64,000 nt of DNA from Vicugna vicugna (taxonomy: Eukaryota). Where the stretch lies: NCBI GenBank assembly GCA_013265495.1, contig MU058065.1:8721819-8785818 (forward strand). Reading direction: 5' to 3'. The position numbers and the translations under genes are program-made. Shown in pieces: positions 10,648 through 22,779 of this stretch (its first letter is position 1; each line of letters opens with the position of its first letter). The notes under the pieces are model-generated. The model was not told the origin of the DNA. It worked only from the letters and a program-made list of their open reading frames with translations, and ran no database searches.

Positions 10648-11984
10648 GTAACTGGTTTCTCTAACTTGTGGAATTCATAGAAAGGTCAGACTCAGCATGG
10701 TTGTTCCAGCATCTCTTGGAAAGGCTAGGTAATGGAGTTTTCGGCTAAGTGGATTTACTGTACTGTTAACTTCGTATACAATACAGTGTTGTGTTAGGAC
10801 CCTTTTGTATTTACTTCAGATTGGAGAGATGTGGATAGCTGCTTTCTTTTGATTTATTTGACCTTCATATTGAAGCATGAATAGATACAGAGTTGGTTAA
10901 AAACAAAATCTCATCTTATAAAAATTTTCTTTTAAATCAGATCAAGTTAATATATGAAGTGGTGGGTGTTTAAATTATCACAACAGGCTTTTGTAGGCAA
11001 CTGAAACTCTCCTAAAGCAAAAGCTTAAGGAGAAAACTCCTTTCCCAGAAGTAAGTGTGGGCCTTTAGAGAGCCTCGTGGGACTCGAAATAGTTCACTTA
11101 TTTATCTTTCATCTAGTGTCTTGACTTTGGAAGTGTTCGCTTGGCCCTGGCAGTCCTTATGGGGATATTATAATCATAACTACTTTCTTACTGGAACATA
11201 AGGGCTTTCTCGTAGGAACGAGGGGGTTTCCTTTTTTTCTGGGTAAAGATGAGAAAGGATAAAAGTTGAAAATTTATATTTTCTAAAATCACTGCCTTAT
11301 CTCAGAAGAATAAAACCTAAATTTGGGTCTTTAGTTCTCCTTCCTTAAGTTTCTGTTTTTTATTTGTCCAACATACATTCTTTGTTTTCTTATTGCTCAT
11401 AAAACGATTCAAGAACTCTTAGATTTTCTCATTTAATTTTTACTTTATGCCATGATTTGGGGGAGTATATATATGATGAGATCATTGATGATAACATAAA
11501 TCTTACAAGGTTACAGTCCTCTTATAAAAAAGATTTTGTGTGTGTATATGCACACACATGGTATTTGTATGTGTGTAGAGTTCTTTTGTTTTTTGTTTGT
11601 TTGTTTGTTTGTTTGTGTATGCTTGAGTTGAAAGCCTATGGAGCTGTTATATTAGGTATATGATGGGAAAGTAGGTTTCCTTTCCTCTACCTCAGACACT
11701 TTCTAGAAGCCCTTCTATTTGGTATAATGTTGTTCAATACAGACTTTACAATATAGTCTGTAACTCCCAAGAGCTTGTTTTTGTGGGTTAGTGTCCAGCT
11801 GGATGGTAGATTCTCTCCTTGAAGAGTCTCCCCTGGAGTGGGAAGACAAAGCAGATCTTCCTATGGGTGATTCAGAAGGTGCAGAAATGGTTACCCAAAG
11901 AACTGAGGTGGCATGAACATGAAGGTGGTCTCAAAACCTCCAGGCATTTGTGGTGAACAGAGGGTGTACTAAATAGGGACCTAC

Positions 11985-12082
11985 TAGTGTAATTTGCCAA
12001 ATCTGCCAAATCACTAGAGTCTCCTGAGATCAACCCAGGGACCTGGGAAATTATATTTTTCAAAAGCACCCCAAGTGATTTG
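11985..12082. mobile_element. MER5-like hAT-Charlie fragment
   Basis: cccagggacctgggaaattatatttttcaaaagcaccccaagtgatt resembles the MER5 core. Confidence 0.45.
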
Positions 12083-13159
12083 CTGGTGCCAGTTCAGTCT
12101 TTCTATGTCTCTTGGGAAGCCATCAGGTCACCTGGTAATGCCTTTATAAAATAAAGAGCCATAAAATTTGAGGAGGTCACTAGTTGATGAAAGCAGATGG
12201 TGGATGACACAGAGGTTTTAGGGGTGGGGCTTCCCAGCAATCAGTCCTTAGGGTGGTAGAGAAAGGCCTTCTCCTTGGATGGGATGACTGAGACTGGAAT
12301 TTTGTGTAGCATTCTGGTAGATGGCATAAAGCAAAAGTCCCAGGTTTGGTGATCTGGCCTTCAGGGATGCCTGCCTTATCTCCCAGTTAACAATTGCTCC
12401 TTACTGTTTTGAGTTGAGTAGACCTTCCGTTTTCCTCTGATATATGTATTCTTCTGGCCTTCTGTAATTTTCTCCTTAGACGGCTTTGGGTCCTTTTAAT
12501 CCTAAGGGTGCATTGATCACAAGTTTACTTGTTTCTCTTAAATAGAAGTACTTGGCCAACTCCTCTTTGTATGTGGGAGGTCTCCAGGCAACTGTGAATA
12601 ACTTTTAAAGGCTACAAGGAGGTCAAGAACTAATTTGCTGGGTCTTGTTCTGTCTCTTTAAAGGCAGGTTTCTCTGCCTTGCTCGGGCTGTGAAAGTATT
12701 ACCCCCTTGGCTCTGTCTTAGGCTCTCTGCTGCTTCTCTGTCCCTGGTTTCATCCTGTATCTCTAACCCTGAGATACACTTAGGCTCCAGTCTGTTATTT
12801 TTCACACAAGGCTGTTCTACTTAAGCATTCTACCTGGTACCATGTTCAAGTGCCCTATGTTTGAAAGGGAATCCCATCATCCCTGATTTTCTGTGTCCCC
12901 AGTGCCTGTCGCAGTTCTAGACTCTCACACATGTAATCCTGTAGTCATCTATTACTTGAACCACAGAAAGTGTTAAAAAGAAAATGGTAACCATTTCCTC
13001 TTTTTTCATCACTTACACCTCAGTGATCACCAGGTCTTGTCATTTATTTGTCTGAATTTTTCCTGCCTATTTTTTCTCAGTTCCTAAATATACCACCTTC
13101 TATCTTCTCACCACCAGTTCATACTGAAATCTCTGTTCCTCTGCCTGCCAGACTGATCT

Positions 13160-13550
13160 TGCTCATTTTTCTTTATAAAATGGGAATTAACTATACCTAT
13201 CTCAGAGGGCTGTGTGAGGATTAGACATAATGTAACATAAAGTGTTTATCATATGGTCTGACACAGTGAATGGTGGAATAATGTACTTTTTACCCTCTTC
13301 TGAATTTGATTATCCTTCATTTCACCTCTGTCCACACTATGGAAACAGCAAGGTGGAAAGTCAAAAATTAGACAGAGAACCCTGTGAACCTTGGTTTGAG
13401 TCCCTAGACTTCTGCTTAGCTGGTTGTGTGATCTCAGGCAAATTTCTCATCTTCTTTGAGCCTTTATATTTTATCTTTAAAATGAAGACAATTACTGAAC
13501 ACTGACTCTTAGGATTGTTAGGAGGGTAAAATAACATAACTTAGGCATAG
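13160..13550 (+). mobile_element. Two MIR SINE fragments
   Basis: MIR core motifs taaaatgggaattaactatacctatctcagagggctgtgtgaggatta (13176-13223) and ggtttgagtccctagacttctgcttagctggttgtgtgatctcaggcaaatttctcatc (13393-13451). Confidence 0.7.
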
Positions 13551-13718
13551 AGAGAATGCTTCCTTAACAGTCAGTTGCTATGCAAATACTCCTTGTTTTT
13601 CTTCTTCCCATACTGCAATCTTAAATCCCGTCGGGCCTAACAAATAGGTTTAAGAAGTTTAGAGCAAATGTGATGAGTGTTTCCTCTCTTCTCTTTCAGG
13701 TTAAACCCATTCACAGTA

Positions 13719-14537
13719 ATGGCCACGGCCTTACCCAGAACCCTGGGGGAGTTGCAGCTGTATAGAATATTACAAAAAGCCAATCTGCTTTCTTATTTTG
13801 ATGCCTTTATCCAGCAAGGTGGCGATGATGTCCAGCAACTCTGTGAAGCTGGAGAAGAGGAATTTTTGGAAATCATGGCACTTGTGGGCATGGCCAGCAA
13901 GCCCCTTCATGTTAGAAGGCTACAGAAGGCTTTGAGAGACTGGGTTACAAACCCTGGCCTTTTCAATCAGCCGCTGACATCCCTGCCTGTTAGTAGCATA
14001 CCCATCTATAAATTACCAGAGGGATCACCAACGTGGCTGGGAATATCCTGCAGCAGTTATGAAAGGAATAGCAGTGCCCGGGAACCTCATTTAAAAATCC
14101 CCAAGTGTGCTGCCACCACCTGTGTGCAGAGCTTGGGACTGGGGAAATCAGACGTGGTGGGGAGCTTAGCGCTGCAGGGTATTGGTGAGTCCAGACTCTG
14201 GCAAGGCCACCATGCCACCGAGAGCGAGCACAGCCTCTCTCCAGCCGACCTCGGCTCCCCAGCATCCCCAAAAGAAAGTAGCGAGGCGTTGGATGCCGCT
14301 GCTGCGCTCTCTGTAGCTGAGTGTGTGGAGCGAATGGCCCCCACGCTGCCGAAAAGTGACTTGAATGAAGTGAAAGAGCTGCTAAAAACCAACAAGAAGT
14401 TGGCCAAAATGATCGGTCACATCTTTGAGATGAGTGATGACGATCCACACAAAGAGGAGGAAATTCGAAAATACAGTGCAATATATGGCAGATTTGACTC
14501 AAAGAGAAAGGATGGGAAACATCTCACACTTCATGAG
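13719..14537 (+). CDS. NAB1: NAB1 coding exon 1 (aa 1-273; NCD1 and start of NCD2); exon begins at 13700 with 19 nt of UTR
   Basis: Translates [72 protein letters not shown]...[25 protein letters not shown], the recognised NAB1 N-terminus. Acceptor ctctttcAG (13698-13699), donor GAG|GTAAAA (14538). Confidence 0.99.
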
Positions 14538-15639
14538 GTAAAAAGCCCACGTTTTTCTTTGTATGTGTGTGGCGTGTTGTTTTTCTTCTTAGAGATAAGT
14601 TTGGTAATCGTTGTCAACAAAGGAGATACACTCCCTGAAAACAGAATTAAAAACATTTAGGTCTTAGTAAAATATAACCCTTTTGTGAAAACAGACCATA
14701 TAATTGTGTTAGGGTATTTTTGTGTTGAACTCAAACATGTTGAGCTTTGGATCTACAGTGTAAGGTGACTTTAAGAAAAATTACCAGAATTTAAGCATTG
14801 ACAGCACAGAGTCTGCGTTTACGAGGCAGTTTGCCCTTTAATTAAGAAATAAAATGAGATTTTAAATAAAGCCATTCACTGAAAAATCATTTTTGTAGAC
14901 AGTTATTTTAAGAAAAAAAAATTTTGTAATAAATAACCAGATCTTAAAGTGATTTTCAGCTAGCATAGAAGACAAAATTATATTAGATAAGTATTAGAAG
15001 AATTATTATAGCTTTTAATATTGTTTTGGCTTGACATTTGATATTAAAAATTCTCATCATTTTACCTTGGTAGCATCTATCCAGAAATACTTTGCTTAAG
15101 TAGAAGAATGCAGATATGCCTACCTCATTTGCATTTTCTCCCTTTTTCTTATCCATCTGGCCAACACATCATCTTTAAGATTTAGTCCAAGCGTCAGTTT
15201 AAGTCTTTTCTGATATATTTCCCCCCAAGTGGAATGACCTTTCTTTTCCATTTTTATCCCTATATAGACTACTGTCATAGTGACTTCAGCTTCAACACTT
15301 TACTGTACTTATAAATACTGGCCTGTCCCTCACAGTATACTTTGAGATTCTTCAAGGCAAAGATAATGGCCTATTCATTTTTATATATTCAGTCTAATGT
15401 ACCCAATAAATGCTTGAAAAATAAATGCCTTTCAACAGTTTAAAAAGTCATTTCGTAGCTAAAGATTATAGTCATTTATCATTTATAAGAAAGAAATAAA
15501 TTCTCCTTGAAAAAAATTTTCAGTTGAATGCAGTATTTCATGTTAGAAACATTAGATCTTCCTCCCAGACTTGTACTTTAGCACAAAAAAGCATATACAC
15601 TTACTGAAAAGTATTCAGTCATTACAAAAGGATGTAAAA

Positions 15640-16980
15640 TAATTGAATCTGTAATCTTCCAAATACTTTTCTTTACATACACAAATATGGGATCATATTT
15701 TGCACACTTCTCCAAATTCCTTTTTTAAAAAATGTAACAATATATTCAAAGTACATATACTATTATTTTCAAGTGAGTACATATAGAGCTACTTTATTCA
15801 TTTATGGGCTACACTATATTCCACAGTATGACTGTGTTGTTATTTATCTTAGCCATTCACTTTTAATGTCATTTAGGTTATTTCCGTTTTTTAAATTTTA
15901 CATATGGTGGTACATGAACATTATACGAATATACCTTTATAGGCCTGTGCATGTTTTCCTATAGAATGATTTCAACATGTAAACTTATGGGATCAAAGAA
16001 TATGTAGGTTTAATATTTTAGTAGCTGCTAAATTGCCTTCTAAAAAAGCTGCAACAATTTACATTTCCACTATCATATGTGAGTGTCCTTTTCTGCATGC
16101 TCTTGCTAATATTATGTTTATTATTTTTAATCCTTGTCAGTCTAAGAGATGAAAAGTTTTCATTGCTCAAGTTAACTTTCCTTAGTGAAGATGAGTATCT
16201 TTACATATATTTGACATCCTGTTTTATATTCATACCCTTTCTTTTAATGTTGGGGTTTTTTGTCTTACCTTTAAAATATTGGTAAGAACTTTTTATATTT
16301 TAAGGATATTCATTTTGTTTTATGTTGTAAACATTTTCCCAGATTATCATTTGTCCTTTGACCTTTCAGACTGGTTACCATGTGGAAGTTTAATTTTATG
16401 TAGTAATACCCATTGATCTTGTCCAATATGATTTCATTAGTCTGATTCTCTATTCCCTCACCAGTATAGAGTTACTTTAATGTGCTGTAGATAAATAATA
16501 TATTTTAATATCTGGAAATGCAAGTGCCCCTTCAAAAGTCTTGTTTTGTAGCTTCCGGTATTTTTTAGGTAATCTTACGCATTTCTCCTTCCAAATAAAA
16601 ATTTTAATGCATTTGTCAAATTTCCCCAAAATTTCTGTTGGTATTTTGACTAGAAAAGCCTTAAAGGTATAAAGTAGGAAAAAAATTGATATATTTACAA
16701 TAATGAAGGCTCCCATACAGTAAGATAGTAATGTGCATTTACTTATGTAGATCTTTTATATTCCTCACTAATTTTATAGTTCTTTATTCATAAGTTTTGC
16801 ATATTTATTATTAGGTCAAATACTGTGTATTATGTATGTATATTAAATGTCTATATCATCCATATTAAATTTATTTTACTTGTATAGGATATACTAATAG
16901 ATATAAAAAGGATGTGATTGTAAATGAAATTTTTTCCTGTGTTCTAATTACTATCACTGGCTGATTTTTGTGTGTTTTGT
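15640..16980 (-). mobile_element. Old L1M ORF2/3' fragment
   Basis: Minus-strand ORF 16477-16716 (..YTFKAFLVKIPTEILGKFDKCIKIFIWKEKCVRLPK..GALAFPDIKIYY) matches the L1 ORF2 segment YRFNAIPIKLP..KFIWNQKRARIAK..GGITLPDFKLYY. Flanking DNA is L1-like. Confidence 0.85.
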
Positions 16981-18395
16981 TTTCAGCAGTTTCACTGTTT
17001 GATATTTTTAAATAAAATTATTTTAGGTATGAATGAATACTGGTGCTTAATATGAGAGAATTGGTTACCAAAATTAATCACAGGGTTTCTGTGATTTGAT
17101 CTATTTTGGGCATATCCTTTTATAACTGTTATGTATTGTTGCCATACAATAATAGAGTCTCACTAGAACTTGTGAGTAGATCTAGAAATACAGGTAGCAT
17201 TATAATTTCTATACACTTTGACACTTTCATTACTTATGAACCAACAGAGGAATCTACTAAAAGGCTATTAACGGTTGTCATTAGTAGGAAGCAAGGGGCA
17301 AAACATGTAGGCAGTTTTAGTTTCATATTTTAAGCCAGTTTTCATTTTTAAAACATAGCAGATGAAACACAAAGTTGACTCAAAAGACCTTATTTTTATT
17401 AAAGTAAAAGTGTGTTAAAGAGATGACTTTAATAAACCCTATCAACCTCACTAAAAAAAAAAAAAAAGTCCTAACTTACTTAAAAAAAAATCCAAAATGA
17501 ATTATTTCACACTTGCTTTTGCTCAGAGGCTCTTTGCTTCTTTGGAGAAATAGGCACAGGTGGTATTGCAGTAATGAGACCATTGTGGGTTTCCCAAATA
17601 AGGGGACACTCAAAATGAATGCTAGTAGGCTGAGGTGTGGAGGTGGGGGCTTTGGGAAATGTGGCTTATGTTTTTGAAACTTAACTTAGATCACTTGTTA
17701 CTTGTATCTCAAGTGTGTGAATCTGGTCCAGTAATATAGTTTAGGACAGAAGTTTATGAATCAGGATGCTTTCTTCAAACTAGTAACCGTCCAAGAGCTT
17801 GCTTGGTGGAAATTATGAAATCCTGAGGGAATTAAGGGAAAGAAGGTACTATTCAGTACCTTTTAGGTCTTATGATAATTTCTCATTCCTTCACTTGACT
17901 GTGTAAAATGAGAGAAAGATTTTTTAAGTATTGTGTGTTAAGTTACTTACTGTGTGGAATTGTCTATTTGTCTTTGTGTTATGCAGTAACTTTATTAATC
18001 TTTAATAATGTGTTTTGTTTTAAAAACCTATTTTGTTTGATATTAGTATAAATACATGTGCTTTCTTTTTGTTAATAATTACTTGTTACATCTTTTTTCC
18101 ATCCTTTTAGTCCTTCTGAATCTGTGTTTTAAATATAGCTCTTGTAAATACAAACAGTTGGATTTTTAAAAAATCCAGTCTTTCTTTGTATTTTAACTGC
18201 AGCATTTGGTCCATTTACATTTATTATAATGACTGATGTTTTGAACTTATTTCTTTTATTTTATTTTGCATTTCTTCCCTTCTCCCTCTTTATATCTCAG
18301 ATTTACCACCTGGAATTCGTTTCCTTTAGCCTGAGGTGCATCATGTAGTTTTCTTAATAAAGGTCTGCTGATGCCAAACTCTGTCCTTCCACACC

Positions 18396-18470
18396 CCACT
18401 GTGCTATACAGTATGAGCTTGTTGTTTATCTATTTTATATATATTAGTTAGTATTTACAAATCTCAAACT
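18396..18470 (-). mobile_element. Short L1 3' UTR fragment
   Basis: ctgtgctatacagtatgagcttgttgtttatctattttatatat resembles the reverse complement of the L1 3' UTR motif at 57478-57510. Confidence 0.65.
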
Positions 18471-19737
18471 TTGAGATACTATCTTCATTCATTTTGGCCT
18501 GAATAGTTCTTACTGTCATGCTGGCTCATTCATCAATGATTTTAGCACTGCATCAATTTAGGATGTTTTCCCTTTCTATTTTATCCAACATTTTTAGTTT
18601 TCTGTGACTGGGGCCAGTCATGGTACCCAGCCCTCCCTGTGCTGGAAGTGAAAGTCTTGATTGCCTTTGGAGCCTGCCTATCACCCAGCATTCATACAGT
18701 ATTTTTATGGTAACACTTACTTGAAACTTAATCAAAAGTTACAATCATTCGTTAAAGATTATAATAATTTTAACTATGTAGAGAAAATTTTTAAGTCTAG
18801 TTGTAAATGATAGAAAGCTAACTTTAAGAAATTTTTATGTGAAGGTATAAGTGGAATTTTGGTATTTTCAGTCATGAAAAGAGGAAGTAAGTAAACCAAT
18901 GAGGGAGAATTATAGTTTTAACAAAACTAGAAACTTAGAAGTTTTTAGAAGTTAGCTTGGTGCTTACCTGAATGACTATTTTGGAGTATTTGTATCATTT
19001 TTCTTTTTAAAATAGATCATACTAGTTATTGATTTAATTATTAGCAACTGGGAGTATGAAATCTAGAAAATATTTACAGAAAATATATTTTTGAGAAGGA
19101 AGCTTGATGAATCAGCTTCTTCTTACAACTTGAGGTGAGCTTTCAGTATTTCTTCAGCCCCAGGTTTTCTACCAGAAGGCTCCCTGAGGGCTTGGTGAGT
19201 TCAGTCTACTTTTTTGGTCCGTTGGAGCTTGAATTCAGTAACAAAGAATGTGTTTTGTTTGTTTTTCTTGGTTTCTGGTAGGATGATGGAGGGAATACTT
19301 GAACATTGTTTTCAGTTAATGTTGAAAAGTTGTTTTCTGTGGTTGTACAGGAACTGGTACCTCTGAAATGTCAATTAAAATATCTTACCGACAATCAGAA
19401 GCTCTCTATACTAATTTAGATTTATGAGTACAAAAAAGAAACAGCTACATAAAAAGCAACTTGAGAAGGGTCTTTTAAGGTCATTGTAGCTTCCACGAAG
19501 CTGAAATTGAAGTTAATTTATTTAGGAAATTATTCTTTGAAGTGTATTTTAACTTTTAACTCCCAAAACAGTGTGCCTTTCAAAAGCACTCAGGTAAGAA
19601 ATTGATCTGTTGATGATTCTTTAGGAGAAGAGGAGAAGGCTGAAAATAAGTTCTTCCTATTATGCTTTTATATTCAGCTATGGGTTTAAAATAGGAAGCC
19701 TGGGCTTATTGTAACCTTGTCACCAGTAGCCACATTA

Positions 19738-20052
19738 AGGCATACCTGGGAGATACTGAAGGTTTGGTTCCAAACCACCGCAGTCAAGTGAGACACATGA
19801 ATTTTTGGTTTCCCAGTGCATGTAAAAGTTATATTCACACTATACTGTAGTGTATTAAGTGTGCAATGGCATTATGTCTAAAAAAAACCTACATACCTTA
19901 ATTAAAATACTTTATTGCTAAAAAAATGCTAACCATCATCTCATCTGACAACACAGGGGTGCCACAAACCTTCAATCTATAAAAATCACTATCTGCAAAG
20001 TGCAGTAAAGTGAAGGCGATAAAATGAGGTATAAAATGCCTATATTTGCCTG
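19738..20052 (-). mobile_element. Internally deleted Tigger1 (TcMar) element retaining both ends
   Basis: Begins aggcatacctgggagatactgaaggtttggttccaaaccaccgca and ends gccacaaaccttcaat...gataaaatgaggtat...gcctg, matching both Tigger1 termini within ~315 bp. Confidence 0.82.
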
Positions 20053-20269
20053 CGTATAAGCTAGTGGAACTCACAGTAGGAAATCTGGGGTGGAGGATAT
20101 TAGATATCTGTATCACGCTATATGTCGCATACCATAACGCATTCTAGGTGGTAAATAAACTTGTGGAAAAAAGAACCCATTAGACTAAATTATAGGACAA
20201 CGTTTATATGTAATGGGATGAGAAGAGAGTTTCTGTGCATGGCACCCCAAACAAAACTATAAGGCTAAT

Positions 20270-20690
20270 GACAACTATGAAAAAATTAAAAACACCACCA
20301 CTACATATGACGAAGAGTTAATGCTCTTAATACATAACAAATTCCTCAAGTCCTTAAAAAACAAAATAGTGCAGTAGAAGAAATAGGCAGTTGCCATGAG
20401 CAAGCAGATTTTAAAATAAGTCAAAAACATAAGGAAAAGTTCCAGTTTTATAGCCAAAGAAATGCAAATTATAGCCAAATATCATTGAGAACACATCAAA
20501 TTGGTAAAGCTTTTAGATAGTAAAAACTGGTCAGTGTTGGTCAAGATTCTGGGAAATGAACTCTCCTTATAATTGTTGTTAGCATTAAGATTTGGAGCAA
20601 CTTTTGTGAAAAGTAATTTGGTAAAATATATACTCTTTTAAGATTTAGTATATTCTGTGACTAAGAAGTTTATTTGTAATAATCATCAGT
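20270..20690 (+). mobile_element. Old L1M ORF2 3' fragment
   Basis: aaagaaatgcaaatta...catcaaattggtaaag...cagtgttggtcaagattctgggaaatgaactctcctt...aacttttgtgaaaagtaatttgg is typical of degraded L1. Confidence 0.65.
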
Positions 20691-21549
20691 CAGCCAATAT
20701 TTATTGCTCATACAACCCATGCCAGGTACTGATGTAAAGAAGCCAAGTCTCTGCCTTAGTATGTGAAAAAGTAAAAAAATGCGGCATACATAAATGAAAA
20801 AAAGGAGATTACATGTCTGTATTTCACAAAATTATGTGAAAAACATTTTCTAGTTTATTAAACAAATGATAGATTTTGAATTTAGGATAACATTTTCTAT
20901 TTTAAATTTTAGCATATGGTGTTTGGTCAACTAGCATCTCTATACTGGCAGTATTTAACACTTACATGAAAGAGTAGAGTTAGATGAATTTTAGAGATCA
21001 AGTGACTCTAAGATCTTGATTTTTCCATTATAGCCCTAATTTGTGAAAACTGTCTTTTACTAAGTGATTTGATAAGTATTTAACTAAAATCATTTAGTAT
21101 TTCTTTCCTAAGAATTTTCATGTCAGTTCACATTAAAAAAAAAATCTGTCAGACCATGTATCCTTACTTTTAGATAAGGAAATATCACCATATCATATAA
21201 TCAGATCCCTTGGGTTTTTCATAAGAAAAATGAGATGCAGAACATTTTTTTTAACTCTCTATTTTGCTTATTTTCTATGATCTCTCCTACCTAAACAAAA
21301 ATAAATAAACCATATAAATAAATGAAACCAAGATGACTACTTAGATCAGTTTGAGTTCTGAGAGATGGTAAATTATTTGATTTTCTTCTGAAATTAGGCA
21401 GTAGGACTAATTAGGAGTAAAGACTATCCTGATTTTCGTTAATTATGATTGCATTATATAATGATGTGACAGTTTTATTAAGTGAAACATTTTCCATATT
21501 GATGAAATAAAAATGTTTATAATGTTTACAACTTTACTTGGACATGCAG

Positions 21550-21683
21550 CTTACTGTTAATGAAGCAGCTGCTCAGCTCTGTGTGAAGGATAATGCCCTG
21601 CTGACAAGAAGAGATGAACTTTTTGCCCTGGCCAGGCAGATTTCTCGTGAAGTCACCTATAAATATACATACAGAACCACCAA
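21550..21683 (+). CDS. NAB1: NAB1 coding exon 2 (NCD2)
   Basis: [44 protein letters not shown]. Acceptor gcAG (21548-21549), donor AA|GTAAGT. 134 nt, phase 0 to 2. Confidence 0.98.
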
Positions 21684-22399
21684 GTAAGTGTTTGATTAAT
21701 TGGCAGTATTTTTGCATTGATAGAAGTAGAGCTTGAAACACCATCCATTGATAGAATATAAGCAATATCTGAAAAAGCAGAAGTGTGATTATAGTTCTAT
21801 AAAATTAAACAGTGAAGTGGCTTTTCAAAACATTGCTGGTGTGGTTTTTGTTGTCTTGGTTAGTCTTTTGTCTGTCTGTCTTTTGAAAGATAGTTGCCTA
21901 GCACCAGAGCATTGCTCTGGTAGTGGTTTTAGACATTCTTGCTTTGGTTTTGAGCATGATGATGGGATTTAGTCAGTCAGCACTTATGGACTTATTTGTT
22001 TACCCTACAAACTATGTGAACTTGTTGGACTTTCTGAGGAAGCAGAATGTTTCCTTTTGCAAGGTATTTGTGATCTAGTGAGATTAGCTAAATAGATAAA
22101 AAGACTCCTTTGCCTAGTATTTAAGGGGAAATTGGAAAATACTAGACTTCTAGCAAGTGGAATATGGAACGTGCATTTGAAATTAAAAACCTCATTTCAA
22201 AAAGCAGTAATGGTTTTAAAATTTAATGTAAACACACCATATTATTCTTCATCTTATCCTCACTTGAACCCTAAGCATTGTCTGCAGGTAAAGGACCATT
22301 TTGATTTTGTTCACTTGGTTCCACATGGACCCTGATTTGCAGTGCACCATCAGCTGTGCCACTGCTTCTCTGAGTAGATGCTTTAGAGTAACTAAGTGT

Positions 22400-22535
22400 G
22401 TGTGCTAAGAACCACATCTTGAGCACCCTTCCCAGCTCCAGTAAATCACGGTCTCTGGGGATGGAGCCTTAGAATCCAAACTTTCACAAGCATCCCACAT
22501 GATTCTTGGGCATATTCCAGTTTGAAAAACACTAT
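22400..22535. mobile_element. MER5-like fragment
   Basis: aaatcacggtctctggggatggagccttagaatcc...acaagcatcccacatgattct...ccagtttgaaaaacact. Confidence 0.6.
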
Positions 22536-22779
22536 TACAGGCACTTGCTATTGTCACCATTATTTTCCCCAACTCACAGCAACTTCATTTTCTCCCCTGT
22601 CTGAAGAGCCCATGTGTTTACAAACTGGCAACAAGTAAAATTATGCAGACTAAATGAACAGGGGTAAGAATATACAGCAATATTATAGGATTATTTATAA
22701 GATTTTCTGAGTTAATCAAGGGCTGATTTTGTGATTTTCTATTTTCTTTGCTGTATTTTACAAAATTTTCTTTCTGACT

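Noticed and set aside
13990..14502. Antisense ORFs of 170 and 106 aa
   Set aside because: Shadow frames of the NAB1 coding exon with no independent support.
13677..14660. 327-aa ORF as a complete single-exon gene
   Set aside because: It starts in the intron at GTG and runs past the donor. The real CDS part is 13719-14537 and splices to six further exons.
17843..17862. Short hairpins aaggtact-attc-agtacctt, and similar at ~19094-19122 and ~36090-36120
   Set aside because: 8-14 bp AT-rich stems are expected by chance in 64 kb and are too short for pre-miRNA.
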